Source: Vulcanimicrobiota bacterium (GTDB taxonomy: Bacteria; Vulcanimicrobiota; Vulcanimicrobiia; Vulcanimicrobiales; Vulcanimicrobiaceae). Taken from it: a DNA stretch of 58,392 nt. This document shows, in pieces, positions 18,173 through 27,935 of the stretch. Below the pieces are notes generated by a model. It was not told the origin of the DNA, made no database searches, and was given only the letters and a program-made list of their open reading frames with translations. Positions within the stretch are counted from its first letter, which is position 1. Every line of letters starts with the position of its first letter. The stretch spans positions 27,889-86,280 of the forward strand of contig PLCF01000049.1 in assembly GCA_003135555.1 (NCBI GenBank). The letters are read 5' to 3'. The position numbers and the translations under genes were made by a program.

Positions 18173-18529
18173 TTAGAGAAACAAGCGATACGGCACGCTG
18201 AACTGGTCAGCAAACAAGTGTGCCTGCGACCTGCTGATCCGCCGTTTTCCACTCAAGAGTTCGGAAGCAATGCCTTTGGAGCCAACGAGTTGCGCCAGAT
18301 CCTTCTGCTCCAAGTCATTGGCTTGTAAGAGTTCCCGCATTATCGCTGGCGGCGATGCCGGGGTTAGTGCATGCCGCTCCTCCTCGAATTTCTCGATGAA
18401 AGTCGTGAGAAGCTCCGCAACGGCTTCTTGTTCCGGGGTAAGCGGCTCGTTCTCGTGGATGGCCTCGAGAAGCGCAATCGCTCGTTGATTGTCGTCGTCG
18501 GTATGGATTAGCGGCAGTTCTCGCGTCAC
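18173..18529 (-). CDS. higA: HigA-like HTH antitoxin (orphan)
   Basis: IEKFEE...LEQKDL..GSKGIASELLSGKRRIS; no toxin upstream. Confidence 0.8.
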   Translation of the reverse strand: MTRELPLIHTDDDNQRAIALLEAIHENEPLTPEQEAVAELLTTFIEKFEEERHALTPASPPAIMRELLQANDLEQKDLAQLVGSKGIASELLSGKRRISRSQAHLFADQFSVPYRLFL

Positions 18530-18592
18530 GCCGCTCGCCTTCGTGGTGCCTCACGCGAGGACATTCCGCGACCCGCCGACGAATTCGGCCCG

Positions 18593-20251
18593 ATGACGAC
18601 CACGATCTATCGGGCGCGGCGCATCGTTACCATGACCGACGACGCGCCCGAGGCGATCGCAAGCGCCGACGGACTCGTCACCGCGACCGGGTCCGTCGCC
18701 GAGCTGCGCGAGCGCTTTGCCGGTGCCGAGGTCGTCGACTTTCGCGACGGCGTGATCGTGCCGGGGTTCAACGACGCGCACGCGCACCTCGTCGTCGCCG
18801 CCGAGGACATGCTGCACCTCGATCTCTCGATCGACGCCGTGTCGTCGCTGGCGGAGATCGGGGTGAAGCTGCACCAGCAGCTCGCCGTCACGCCGCCCGG
18901 TGGCTGGCTTCGCGGCAGCCGCTACGACGACGCGAAGATGGCCGAAGGCCGCGTGCTCACGCGCGGAGACCTCGATGGGATCAGCGCCGACCATCCGATC
19001 CTGATTCTCCACGTCGCGGGACATTGGGGCGTGGTCAACTCCAAGGCCCTCGCGCTGGGCGGGATCGACGAGTCGACCGAAGACCCTCCGGGCGGAAGGT
19101 TCGGGCGCGATGGCAGCGGCCGCCTCAACGGTATCCTGTTCGAGACCGCGATCTTCGACTTCGCCTACCCGCAGGCGACGCGGCGCGCGCAAACCGTCGC
19201 TCCGGCGAGCACGCTCGAAGACCGCGTTCGCGGTCTGGTCCTGGCGCAAAGCGCCTTTCACGCCGCCGGGATCACCTCGCTCACCGATGCGATGATCGGA
19301 CCCGACGACATCACCCTGCTCCAAACGGCACAGAGCTGCGGCGCCCTCACGCTGCGGGTCAACCTGCTCCTGCACTACGAGCACTACGGAATGCTCGCGC
19401 AGCACGCGGTGCGCACGGGTTCGAGCGAGGGCCGGATCCGGCTCAACGGTGTCAAGGCCTTTGTCGACGGCGCGATCGGTGGGCGTACCTGTCTGATGGA
19501 GCAGCCCTTCGAAGGAACGACCGACGACTACGGGATGCAAACGGTGTCCGACGCGGATCTGCGCGACGTCGTGCGCATGGCCCACGCCGAGAGCAACCGC
19601 GTCTGCGTGCACGCCAATGGTGACCGGGCGATCGGCAAGCTGCTCGACGTCTTCGAAGAAGCGCATCGCGAGAACCCCAAGCCCCACGTACACCACCGCA
19701 TCGAGCACTGCAGCATCGTCAACGACGACATCTTGCGCCGCATGAAGAGAGTTCACGCGATCGCCGCGCCGTTCGGCAGCTACGTCCACTATCACGGCGG
19801 CAAGCTGCTGGAATGGTACGGGCCCGAGCGCATCGAGCGCATGTTCGCGCACCGCTCGTTCCTCGATCGTGGGATCGCGGTCGCGGGCTCGTCGGACTAT
19901 CCGTGCGGCCCCTATCAGCCGCTGCTCGCGCTCCAATCCTGCGTGACGCGCACGGGCTACGACGGCACGCCGCTAGGACTCTCGCAGCGCATTACGCCGC
20001 TCGAAGCGCTCGCGCTCTACACCACGGGGTCCGCGTACGCCGCCGACGAGGCGGAGACGAAAGGGCGCCTCGCACCCGGCTTTGTCGCCGACTTCGTCGT
20101 GCTCGATGGCGACCCGCTCACTGTCGACCCGTCGACGCTGGGTGCTCTGGGCGTGCGCGCCACCTATGTCGGCGGCACGAACGTGTGGGAGCGCGCGGGC
20201 CAAGCGGCGGCAGCGTCACCGTCGGCCCGTAGCCGCACGCGCTCGGGCTGA
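18593..20251 (+). CDS. Amidohydrolase (YtcJ-like)
   Basis: PGFNDAHAH, KAFVDG, HANGDRA, HRIEHC, GSSDYP, GRLAPG..ADFVVL. Confidence 0.95.
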   Translation: MTTTIYRARRIVTMTDDAPEAIASADGLVTATGSVAELRERFAGAEVVDFRDGVIVPGFNDAHAHLVVAAEDMLHLDLSIDAVSSLAEIGVKLHQQLAVTPPGGWLRGSRYDDAKMAEGRVLTRGDLDGISADHPILILHVAGHWGVVNSKALALGGIDESTEDPPGGRFGRDGSGRLNGILFETAIFDFAYPQATRRAQTVAPASTLEDRVRGLVLAQSAFHAAGITSLTDAMIGPDDITLLQTAQSCGALTLRVNLLLHYEHYGMLAQHAVRTGSSEGRIRLNGVKAFVDGAIGGRTCLMEQPFEGTTDDYGMQTVSDADLRDVVRMAHAESNRVCVHANGDRAIGKLLDVFEEAHRENPKPHVHHRIEHCSIVNDDILRRMKRVHAIAAPFGSYVHYHGGKLLEWYGPERIERMFAHRSFLDRGIAVAGSSDYPCGPYQPLLALQSCVTRTGYDGTPLGLSQRITPLEALALYTTGSAYAADEAETKGRLAPGFVADFVVLDGDPLTVDPSTLGALGVRATYVGGTNVWERAGQAAAASPSARSRTRSG

Positions 20252-20252
20252 C

Positions 20253-21113
20253 ATGTCCGGGTTGATCGAAGTCCAGCTGCTCAACGGCATCGTGCAGGGC
20301 ATGATCTATGCCTTGCTCGCGGCCGGCTTGACCTTGATCTTCGGGATGCTCGACATCCCGAACTTCGCGCACGGCGCGTTCTACGCGTTGGGTGCCTACG
20401 TCGCGTTCACCGTCGTCTCGTTGACCGGAAACTTCTGGCTGGCGATCGTAATCGTCCCGCTCGTCGTCGCCGGGCTGGGTCTGGTCGTCGACGCGTTCGC
20501 GATGCGCCGGCTCGCGCGCACCGGCCACGTCTATCAGATCTTGTTCACGCTCGGGCTGGTGCTCATCGTCCAGGAGTCGATCGTCCTGATCTGGGGCGCG
20601 ACCCCAACCAGCATCAACGTTCCCGCCGGACTCGACGGCGGCGTCCCGCTGGGCGTCGTGAGCTTTCCGTACTACCGTCTGTTTCTCGTCGCTGCGGCGG
20701 CGCTGGTGATCGCTGCGGTGTGGTTCGCGCTGGAACGGACGCGCTACGGCGCGATCATCCGCGCCGGCATCGACGATCCCGAGATGGTCGACTGCATCGG
20801 GATCGACGTGCAACGGCTCTTCACGATCGTATTCGGGATCGGCGTCGGGCTGGCGGCGCTCGCCGGCGCGCTCATCCTGCCGATCCGCGGCGGACAACCC
20901 GCGATGGGCAACGAGCTCATGGCGACCAGCTTCGCGGTCGTGGTGATCGGCGGGCTGGGCAGCTACTTGGGCGCCGTCGTCGGCGGGCTGTTCATCGGGC
21001 TCACCCAAGCCGTCATGACGATGCTCTATCCGGCCGCCTCGGAGGTCGCGATCTTCGCCGCGATGGCGCTGATCATTCTCATTCGCCCGCAGGGACTCTT
21101 CGGCAAGCGATGA
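20253..21113 (+). CDS. Branched-chain amino acid-type ABC permease (LivH-like)
   Basis: GLTLIFG..NFAHG, VVIGGLGS, RPQGLFG. Confidence 0.95.
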   Translation: MSGLIEVQLLNGIVQGMIYALLAAGLTLIFGMLDIPNFAHGAFYALGAYVAFTVVSLTGNFWLAIVIVPLVVAGLGLVVDAFAMRRLARTGHVYQILFTLGLVLIVQESIVLIWGATPTSINVPAGLDGGVPLGVVSFPYYRLFLVAAAALVIAAVWFALERTRYGAIIRAGIDDPEMVDCIGIDVQRLFTIVFGIGVGLAALAGALILPIRGGQPAMGNELMATSFAVVVIGGLGSYLGAVVGGLFIGLTQAVMTMLYPAASEVAIFAAMALIILIRPQGLFGKR

Positions 21114-22027
21114 GACGCTTCGCTATCCTGGTCGTGCTCGTCGCCGTCGCGCCGCTGGTCCTGCGCTACCCCGAGCTCGAGACGCAGATCCTCACCTTCG
21201 GGCTGTTGGCGGTTGCGTTCAACCTGCTGTTGGGCGAGATGGGGTTTCTGTCGTTCGGTCAGGCGACGTTCAACGGCGTCGGCGCGTACATCGCCGCCCG
21301 CGCGCTGCTCGATGCCCACGCACCGTTGCCGATCGCCTTGCTCGGCGCGCTGCTGGCCGGCGGCGCCGCCGCGGCGCTCGTCGGCGCGCTGGCGATCACC
21401 GGGCGCGGCGTCTACGGCGTGATGCTCACCTTTGCGTTCAACGAGATGGCGTACTTCATCGCGTTCCAGTGGCGTGCGGTGACCGGCGGCGACGACGGGT
21501 TGCGGGGCATTCCGCGCCCCGACGTGTTCGGCATCTCGCTCGACGACGCAACGCGTTACTACTACTTCACGGCCCTGGTGGTGCTGCTGGCCTTCGCCGC
21601 GGTGCTGCGGATCATCGACTCGCCTTTCGGCGCGGTGCTGCGCGCGATCCGCGAGAACGAGGCGCGCGCGCGGGCGATCGGCTTTCGCGTCCGGCGTTTC
21701 AAGATCGCCGCGTTCGCGCTCTCGGGCGCGCTGTCCGGACTCGCCGGCGGGTTGTACGCCGAGCTGTTCCGCTTCGTACCACTCCAAGCGATCGACCTGG
21801 ACACCTCGACCAACATCGTCATCGCCGCGCTCTTGGGCGGCACCGGCTCGCCTTATGGTGCGCTGCTGGGCGCCGCGATCTTCACCGTGTTGTCCAATTC
21901 GCTCAGCCACGTCTGGGCGCACTGGCCGCTGATCTTCGGCCTGGTGTTCTGCGCGGTCGTGCTGTTCTTCCGGACCGGCTTGTGGGGCATCACCGAGCGC
22001 TGGAGCCGTCGTGCTGCGCACGCGTGA
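21110..22027 (+). CDS. Branched-chain amino acid-type ABC permease (LivM-like)
   Basis: LSFGQA, TGGDDG, AIRENE, GGTGS. Confidence 0.95.
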   Translation: MRRFAILVVLVAVAPLVLRYPELETQILTFGLLAVAFNLLLGEMGFLSFGQATFNGVGAYIAARALLDAHAPLPIALLGALLAGGAAAALVGALAITGRGVYGVMLTFAFNEMAYFIAFQWRAVTGGDDGLRGIPRPDVFGISLDDATRYYYFTALVVLLAFAAVLRIIDSPFGAVLRAIRENEARARAIGFRVRRFKIAAFALSGALSGLAGGLYAELFRFVPLQAIDLDTSTNIVIAALLGGTGSPYGALLGAAIFTVLSNSLSHVWAHWPLIFGLVFCAVVLFFRTGLWGITERWSRRAAHA

Positions 22028-22754
22028 ACTCACCAAGCGCTTCGGGGCGCATTGCGCGGTCGATGCGGTCGATCTCGAGATTCGCCCCGGAACGCTGCAC
22101 GCCATCATCGGTCCCAACGGCGCCGGCAAGACGACGCTGTTCAACCTGCTCAGCGGCGAGCTGCAGCCCAGCGCCGGAACGATCGTCTTCGGCGACCGCG
22201 ACGTCACGCGCCTCGACGCGACGAGCCGCTCGCAGCTCGGCATGGGCCGCTCGTTCCAGCGCACCAACGTGTTCCCCAAGCTCACCGCGTTCGAGAACGT
22301 CCGGCTCGCGGCGCAGTCGCGCACCGGCGACAGCTTCGCGCTGTGGCGGCGTGCGGCGTCGCTGGACGGCGCGAACGCGCGGGCCGAGAGCGTGCTCGCG
22401 GAGTTCGGACTGCTCGACGCCCGCGCGCGGCTCGCGGGTGAGCTCGCGGGCGGCGATCAGCGCCTGCTCGAGCTCGCGATCACGCTGGCCACCGATCCCG
22501 TGCTGCTGCTGCTCGACGAGCCGTCGCAAGGGCTCTCACCCGAGGACGCGCAGCGGCTGATCGATCGGATCGGGACCTTGTCCGCGCGCTACACGATCGT
22601 GCTCATCGAGCACAACATGCCGCTGGTGATGCGGCTGGCCGGTGAGATCACGGTGATGAACTTCGGCCGCGTGCTCGCCCGCGGAACGCCCGACGCGATC
22701 CGCGCGAACGCCGACGTGCGCGCGGCCTACCTCGGCTGGCGCAAGGCGTTCTGA
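22011..22754 (+). CDS. ABC ATP-binding protein (LivG-like)
   Basis: GPNGAGKTT, LLLDEP, IEHNM. Confidence 0.95.
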   Translation: MLRTRELTKRFGAHCAVDAVDLEIRPGTLHAIIGPNGAGKTTLFNLLSGELQPSAGTIVFGDRDVTRLDATSRSQLGMGRSFQRTNVFPKLTAFENVRLAAQSRTGDSFALWRRAASLDGANARAESVLAEFGLLDARARLAGELAGGDQRLLELAITLATDPVLLLLDEPSQGLSPEDAQRLIDRIGTLSARYTIVLIEHNMPLVMRLAGEITVMNFGRVLARGTPDAIRANADVRAAYLGWRKAF

Positions 22755-23446
22755 TGCTCGAGCTCGCGCGCGTCGATGCCTACTACGGATCGAGCTGGAT
22801 CCTCAAAGCGGTCTCGCTCGCCGTCCCCGACGGCGGCATCGTCGCGCTCTTGGGTCGCAACGGCGCGGGAAAATCGACCACCCTCAAGACGATCATGGGT
22901 TTGGTCGCGCCGCGCGCGGGGTCGGTGCGGTTCGGCGGCGCCGAGATCGGGGGCAGCACGCCGCACGCGGTTAACCGGCGCGGCATCGCCTACGTTCCCG
23001 AGGAGCGCCGCATCTTCGCCGACCTCACCGTCGACGAGCATCTTGCGATCGCGACGCGCTCGCGCGACTGGCCGGCGGAGCGGATCTTCGGCATCTTTCC
23101 GGAGCTGGTGCCGCTGCGCGACCGGCGCGGGCGGTTCCTCAGCGGCGGCGAGCAACAAATGCTGGCCATAGCCCGAGCGCTGGTGACCGGCCCACGGCTG
23201 CTGTTGCTCGACGAGCCCTCGCAGGGACTCGCGCCCCGGATCGTCGATGTCGTGATCGCCTCGATCGAGGCGATGCGCGACGAGGGTCTGGCGATCTTGT
23301 TGGTGGAGCAGAACGTCGAGCTCGCGCTCGAGGTCGCCAACCGCGCCGCAATCATCGACCAAGGCGCGATCGTCTTCGACGGCACGGCCGCCGAGCTGCG
23401 CGGGCGCAGCGACCTCCAAACGACCTATCTCGGCGTCGGAACCTAA
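22754..23446 (+). CDS. ABC ATP-binding protein (LivF-like)
   Basis: GRNGAGKST, LSGGEQQM, VEQN. Confidence 0.95.
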   Translation: MLELARVDAYYGSSWILKAVSLAVPDGGIVALLGRNGAGKSTTLKTIMGLVAPRAGSVRFGGAEIGGSTPHAVNRRGIAYVPEERRIFADLTVDEHLAIATRSRDWPAERIFGIFPELVPLRDRRGRFLSGGEQQMLAIARALVTGPRLLLLDEPSQGLAPRIVDVVIASIEAMRDEGLAILLVEQNVELALEVANRAAIIDQGAIVFDGTAAELRGRSDLQTTYLGVGT

Positions 23447-23462
23447 GCTGAAAGGACCGCAG

Positions 23463-24656
23463 ATGCAACGCAAGCGCTTTCTCGCAACCGGCGGCGGCGC
23501 CGTCGCCGCGGCCGCGCTGACCGGGCTACCCGCCGCAGCTGCCGAGGACGTCGTCTTCGCCGGCATCTACTCGTCGACCGGTGCGTATGCCGCGTTCGGG
23601 CGCGACACCGACCGCGGCTTCGCGCTGGCGGTCAACGAGCTGAAGAAGTCGGTCGGCGGCCACCCGATCAAGTACATCTCGCGCGACGACCAGACCAAGG
23701 CCGATGTCGGGCAACAGCAGGCCACCGACGCCTACGCGCACGACGGTGCACGCTTCTTCGCCGGCTGCGCTTCGAGCGCGGTGGCGCTGGCGATCGCGCA
23801 GGTGATGAAGGACAAGCATGCGCTGTTCTGGACCAGCGTCGGCGCCGACGAGATCACCGGCAAGGAGTGCAACGGGTACACCTTCCGCTGGTCGGTTCCG
23901 GCCTACGGCGCCGTGCGCGCGGCGCTCTACCCGTTCATCGCGAAGTTTCCCGCGGCCAAGAAGTGGTACACGATCACGCCGTCCTACGTGTTCGGCGAAT
24001 CGCTGCTGACCAACGTCAAGGAGGTCGCGCAGGAGAAGGGTCTCACGCTCGTCGGCAACGACTACCACGCGCTGGGCGCGGCCGAGTACTCGGCCTTCAT
24101 CGCCAAGGCGGCCGAAGCCAAGCCCGACGTGCTGTGCCTGCTCAATTTCGGCGGCGACGCGATCAAGGCGCTCAAGACTGCCACGAGCTTCGGCCTCAAG
24201 AAGACCACCAAGATCCTCTACGTGTGGAGCGGCGGTCTGCTCGACTTCGCCGGTATCGGCGCCGACGATCTCGACGGCGTGTACGTGGGCTGTCAGTACT
24301 GGCACGACGCCACGCCGGCCACGCGCAAGGCGAGCGAAAGCTACAAGGCCGCGTACGGCGAGCCGCTCGGATACGTCGGCGCCAGCGCGTACATCGAAGC
24401 CAAGCTGACCTTCGACGGCATCGCGCGCGCCAAGTCCACCGATCCCGCCCACGTCGCCAAGGTGCTCGAAGGCTACAAATACGCGGGCCCGACCGGAGGC
24501 GAAGAAGTGCGCGCCTTCGATCACCAGGTCGTCAAGCCGTACTACCTGCTGGTGGGCAAAGCCAAGAGTGCGATGAAGGACCAGTGGGACTACGTCGACA
24601 CGGTCGCGTCGGGCTCGTATCCGGTCCCACGTGACCGCAGCCTGTGCAAGTTGTAG
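23463..24656 (+). CDS. ABC substrate-binding protein (Liv-type)
   Basis: Tat-like RKRFL signal; periplasmic binding protein motifs; operon context. Confidence 0.92.
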   Translation: MQRKRFLATGGGAVAAAALTGLPAAAAEDVVFAGIYSSTGAYAAFGRDTDRGFALAVNELKKSVGGHPIKYISRDDQTKADVGQQQATDAYAHDGARFFAGCASSAVALAIAQVMKDKHALFWTSVGADEITGKECNGYTFRWSVPAYGAVRAALYPFIAKFPAAKKWYTITPSYVFGESLLTNVKEVAQEKGLTLVGNDYHALGAAEYSAFIAKAAEAKPDVLCLLNFGGDAIKALKTATSFGLKKTTKILYVWSGGLLDFAGIGADDLDGVYVGCQYWHDATPATRKASESYKAAYGEPLGYVGASAYIEAKLTFDGIARAKSTDPAHVAKVLEGYKYAGPTGGEEVRAFDHQVVKPYYLLVGKAKSAMKDQWDYVDTVASGSYPVPRDRSLCKL

Positions 24657-25564
24657 CAATTCGCGGCGTCGTAGCCGCGATCGCCACGCCGGTCGATGAA
24701 GCGCTCCAGCCCGATCACGGAGCGCTCGTCGACCATGCGCGCTGGCTGCTGAGCAACGGCTGCGACGGCCTCAACGTGCTGGGCACCACCGGCAGTTTCG
24801 CCTCGTTCACCGTCGCGCAGCGGATCGACATCATGCAGGCGTTGGCGAGCTCGGGCTTGCCGCTGCCGGCGATGATGGTCGGCACGGGCGCGAGCGCGCT
24901 CGGCGACGCGGTCGCGCTGACGCGAGCAGCGGTCGCGCTGCGCTTCGGCGGCGCGCTGGTGATCCCGCCGTTCTACTACAAGGGCGTCTCCGAGGACGGC
25001 GTCTTCACGTACGTCGCGAACCTCATCGAGCAGGTCGGCGCGAGCGAGCTGCGCATGTACCTCTACAATTTCCCGGCGAACAGCGGCGTGCCGTACACGG
25101 TGCCGCTCGTCAAACGGTTGTTCGCAGCGTATCCGGGCGTGATCGTCGGTTTGAAAGACAGCTCCAACGACGCTGCGTACGCCGCGGAGCTGCACCGCGA
25201 GCTGCCGCAGCTCGATCTCTTTCCAAGTTCGGAATCCGTGCTCGCGGATGCGCGGCGCGCAGGCTACGCCGGGTGCATCTCCGCCAGCGTCAACGTCACG
25301 GCCCCGCTGACCGGCCGCGTGTGGGCGGACGGCGACGACGCGGACGGCGACGCGCGACAAGGGGAGCTGGCGGCGATCCGCGCCGCGATCCTGAGCGTGC
25401 CGTCGATCCCGGCCATCCACCATCTGCTCGCCCAGCTCCACGGCGACGACGTGTGGTCGCGCCTCGTTCCGCCGCTGTACGCGCTCGACGCGAACGAACG
25501 GGCCGCGCTCGAAGCGCGCTTGGCCCAGACCGTCTATCACCGCGAGCATGCAGCACGACGCTGA
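24644..25564 (+). CDS. DapA/DHDPS-family class I aldolase
   Basis: GTTGS, PPFYYK, YLYNFP, GLKDSS. Confidence 0.92.
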   Translation: MQVVAIRGVVAAIATPVDEALQPDHGALVDHARWLLSNGCDGLNVLGTTGSFASFTVAQRIDIMQALASSGLPLPAMMVGTGASALGDAVALTRAAVALRFGGALVIPPFYYKGVSEDGVFTYVANLIEQVGASELRMYLYNFPANSGVPYTVPLVKRLFAAYPGVIVGLKDSSNDAAYAAELHRELPQLDLFPSSESVLADARRAGYAGCISASVNVTAPLTGRVWADGDDADGDARQGELAAIRAAILSVPSIPAIHHLLAQLHGDDVWSRLVPPLYALDANERAALEARLAQTVYHREHAARR

Positions 25565-25898
25565 CGGACCGCGCTTCGTCAGCGAGGCGCTCGTACCGGG
25601 AAAAGAGTTCGTCGATTCGGCCGCGCTCAGCACCGGCGAACCGCCGCTCCCGCGGCGCTTCCGCTGGCGCGGCGAGGAGCTCGTCGTCCGCGAGATCGTC
25701 CGCACCTGGCGCTCGACCGTAACCGACCGCGGCGACGTCTACCTAGCCCGCCACTGGTACGAGCTCGAGACGGCCGACAGCCGCCGCGCCGTCATCTACT
25801 TCGACCGCAAATCCCGCACCAAATCCCGCTGGTACCTCTACACCATTTCCGACCCGCCCCCCGAAACAGGAAAACGCTCGTTCGCGGTCCCACGCTAG
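25548..25898 (+). CDS. DUF6504-like protein
   Basis: GEPPLPRRFRWRG, RHWYEL, AVIYFDR, WYLYTI. Confidence 0.7.
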   Translation: MQHDADGPRFVSEALVPGKEFVDSAALSTGEPPLPRRFRWRGEELVVREIVRTWRSTVTDRGDVYLARHWYELETADSRRAVIYFDRKSRTKSRWYLYTISDPPPETGKRSFAVPR

Positions 25899-25902
25899 CG
25901 AC

Positions 25903-27924
25903 GTGGCAAGCAGCATCATCGCCGACGACCGGCGCCGGAAAGAGCTCACCTATCGGGGTCTCGCCCTGGGCGGCCTCATCACGCTGGTCTTCACCGCCGC
26001 CAACGTCTACCTGGGGCTCAAGGTCGGGCTGACCTTCGCCTCGTCGATCCCGGCCGCGGTCATCTCCATGGCCGTCCTGCGCGGATTCAAGACCTCGACG
26101 ATCTGGGAGAACAACATCGTCCAAACGGTGGCTTCCGCCGCCGGGACGCTCTCCTCGATCATCTTCGTGCTGCCGGGGCTGGTGATGGTCGGCTGGTGGA
26201 CGGGATTCCCGTTTTGGGAGTCGTTCGGGATCTGCGTGGTCGGCGGCGTGCTCGGCGTGATGTACAGCGTCCCGCTGCGCCGCGCGATGGTTACCGGGAG
26301 CGACCTTCCGTACCCCGAGGGCGTCGCCGCCGCCGAGGTGCTCCGAGTCGGTGCCAGCGCGAGCGGCCATGCCGACGCCGACGTCGATCCGGCGGCCGTC
26401 GCCGAAAACAAGGCGGGCTTTGCGACCGTGCTGTGGAGCTCGGTCGCGAGCGCGCTGTTCGTCGCGATCATCGGAGCGAAACTCTTCGCCGAGAGCGTCG
26501 CCGCCTACGTTCGCGTCGGCGCGAGCGTGACGGGCTACAACATTGGGCTGTCGCTCGCGCTCATCGGCGTCGGCCACCTCGTCGGCCTCTCCGTCGGCAT
26601 CGCGATGCTCGCCGGGATCGTGCTTGCCTGGGGCGTGCTCGTCCCGGTGCTGTCGTCGTACCATGCAGCGACCGCCGACGTGACGACGCTTGCGAAGGTG
26701 GTCTTTCGCGACGAAGTGCGCTTGATCGGCGCCGGCGCGATCGGCGTCGCAGCGCTGTGGTCGGTCGGACGCCTCGCGGGCCCCGTCGTCGGCGGGGTGA
26801 TCTCGTCGTTGGCGGCGTCGCGCACGCGCGCCGCCGGGCGGGGCGAGTCGCTGCCGATCACCGAGCGCGATATCCCGTTCAATGTCGTCCTGCTCGTTAG
26901 CGCCCTCTGCCTCGTCCCTCTAGCTGTGCTGCTGTACGTGTTTCTGAGCGGCACCGCGCTGGCGAGCATCGCGATCCCGCTGGTGCTCGGTGCGCTCGTC
27001 TACGTCGTGCTCGCCGGCCTGATCGTCGCCGCGGTATGCGGCTACATGGCGGGGCTGATCGGCTCCTCGAACTCGCCCGTCTCCGGGCTGGCGATCCTCA
27101 CGGTCTTGGGCGCGGCGTTGTTGCTGCTCGCCGTTGCGCGACCGAACGACCCGCTCGCCGCCAAGGCGCTGGTCGCCTTCGCGCTTTTCGTCACCGCGGT
27201 CGTCATCAACGTCGCCACGATCTCCAACGACAACCTGCAAGACCTCAAGACCGGTCAGCTCGTCGGCGCGACGCCCTGGCGGCAGCAGCTCGCCCTCATC
27301 GTCGGCGTGCTCTTCGGTGCGGTGGTCATCCCGCCGGTCCTCGACTTGCTCAACCATTCAAACGGCTTCGCGGGATCGCCGATCCACGGCATCACCGCGC
27401 AGCCGCTCGCCGCGCCGCAGGCGACGCTGATCTCCACGCTCGCGAACGGCGTGATCACCGGGCAGATAAACTGGGTTCTGATCGGCTACGGCGCGCTCAT
27501 CGGCTTGGCGATCGTCGCCATCGACGAGATACTGCGCCGCACCCTGCGCCGCCAGTTCCCCCCGCTGGCGGTGGCGCTGGGCATCTACCTCCCGATGGCG
27601 GTTACGTTCATGGTGGTTGTCGGCGCATTTGCCGGGAAGGCCTATAACAATTGGGTCTCGACGCGACCAAATCCGGACGCGGGGAAACGGCTGGGCGTGC
27701 TGCTCGCATCCGGCCTGATCGTGGGCGAGAGCTTGTTCGGGGTGCTCCTCTCCGGGATCATCGTCGCGACCAACAAAGACGCACCGCTGGACGTGTTCCC
27801 GTACCTGGGACTCAAGGCCGGCAGCTTCGAACTCGGCGCAAACATCCTGGGGGTGCTGGCCTTCATCGCCGTGGTCTTTTTCCTCTACCGCTGGGTCGGC
27901 CGTCAGGCGCAGCGCATCGGCTGA
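25903..27924 (+). CDS. OPT family oligopeptide transporter
   Basis: ANVYLGLKVG, ENNIVQT, PYPEG, SNDNLQDLKTG, APQA. Confidence 0.97.
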   Translation: MASSIIADDRRRKELTYRGLALGGLITLVFTAANVYLGLKVGLTFASSIPAAVISMAVLRGFKTSTIWENNIVQTVASAAGTLSSIIFVLPGLVMVGWWTGFPFWESFGICVVGGVLGVMYSVPLRRAMVTGSDLPYPEGVAAAEVLRVGASASGHADADVDPAAVAENKAGFATVLWSSVASALFVAIIGAKLFAESVAAYVRVGASVTGYNIGLSLALIGVGHLVGLSVGIAMLAGIVLAWGVLVPVLSSYHAATADVTTLAKVVFRDEVRLIGAGAIGVAALWSVGRLAGPVVGGVISSLAASRTRAAGRGESLPITERDIPFNVVLLVSALCLVPLAVLLYVFLSGTALASIAIPLVLGALVYVVLAGLIVAAVCGYMAGLIGSSNSPVSGLAILTVLGAALLLLAVARPNDPLAAKALVAFALFVTAVVINVATISNDNLQDLKTGQLVGATPWRQQLALIVGVLFGAVVIPPVLDLLNHSNGFAGSPIHGITAQPLAAPQATLISTLANGVITGQINWVLIGYGALIGLAIVAIDEILRRTLRRQFPPLAVALGIYLPMAVTFMVVVGAFAGKAYNNWVSTRPNPDAGKRLGVLLASGLIVGESLFGVLLSGIIVATNKDAPLDVFPYLGLKAGSFELGANILGVLAFIAVVFFLYRWVGRQAQRIG

Positions 27925-27935
27925 TCCCGGCGCGC

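Noticed and set aside
18551..19936. Long antisense/alternate-frame ORFs (also 21026-22324, 29687-30967, 31209-32489, 43888-45234, 54110-55312 and others)
   Set aside because: Shadow ORFs of well-supported genes in high-GC DNA; no motifs.
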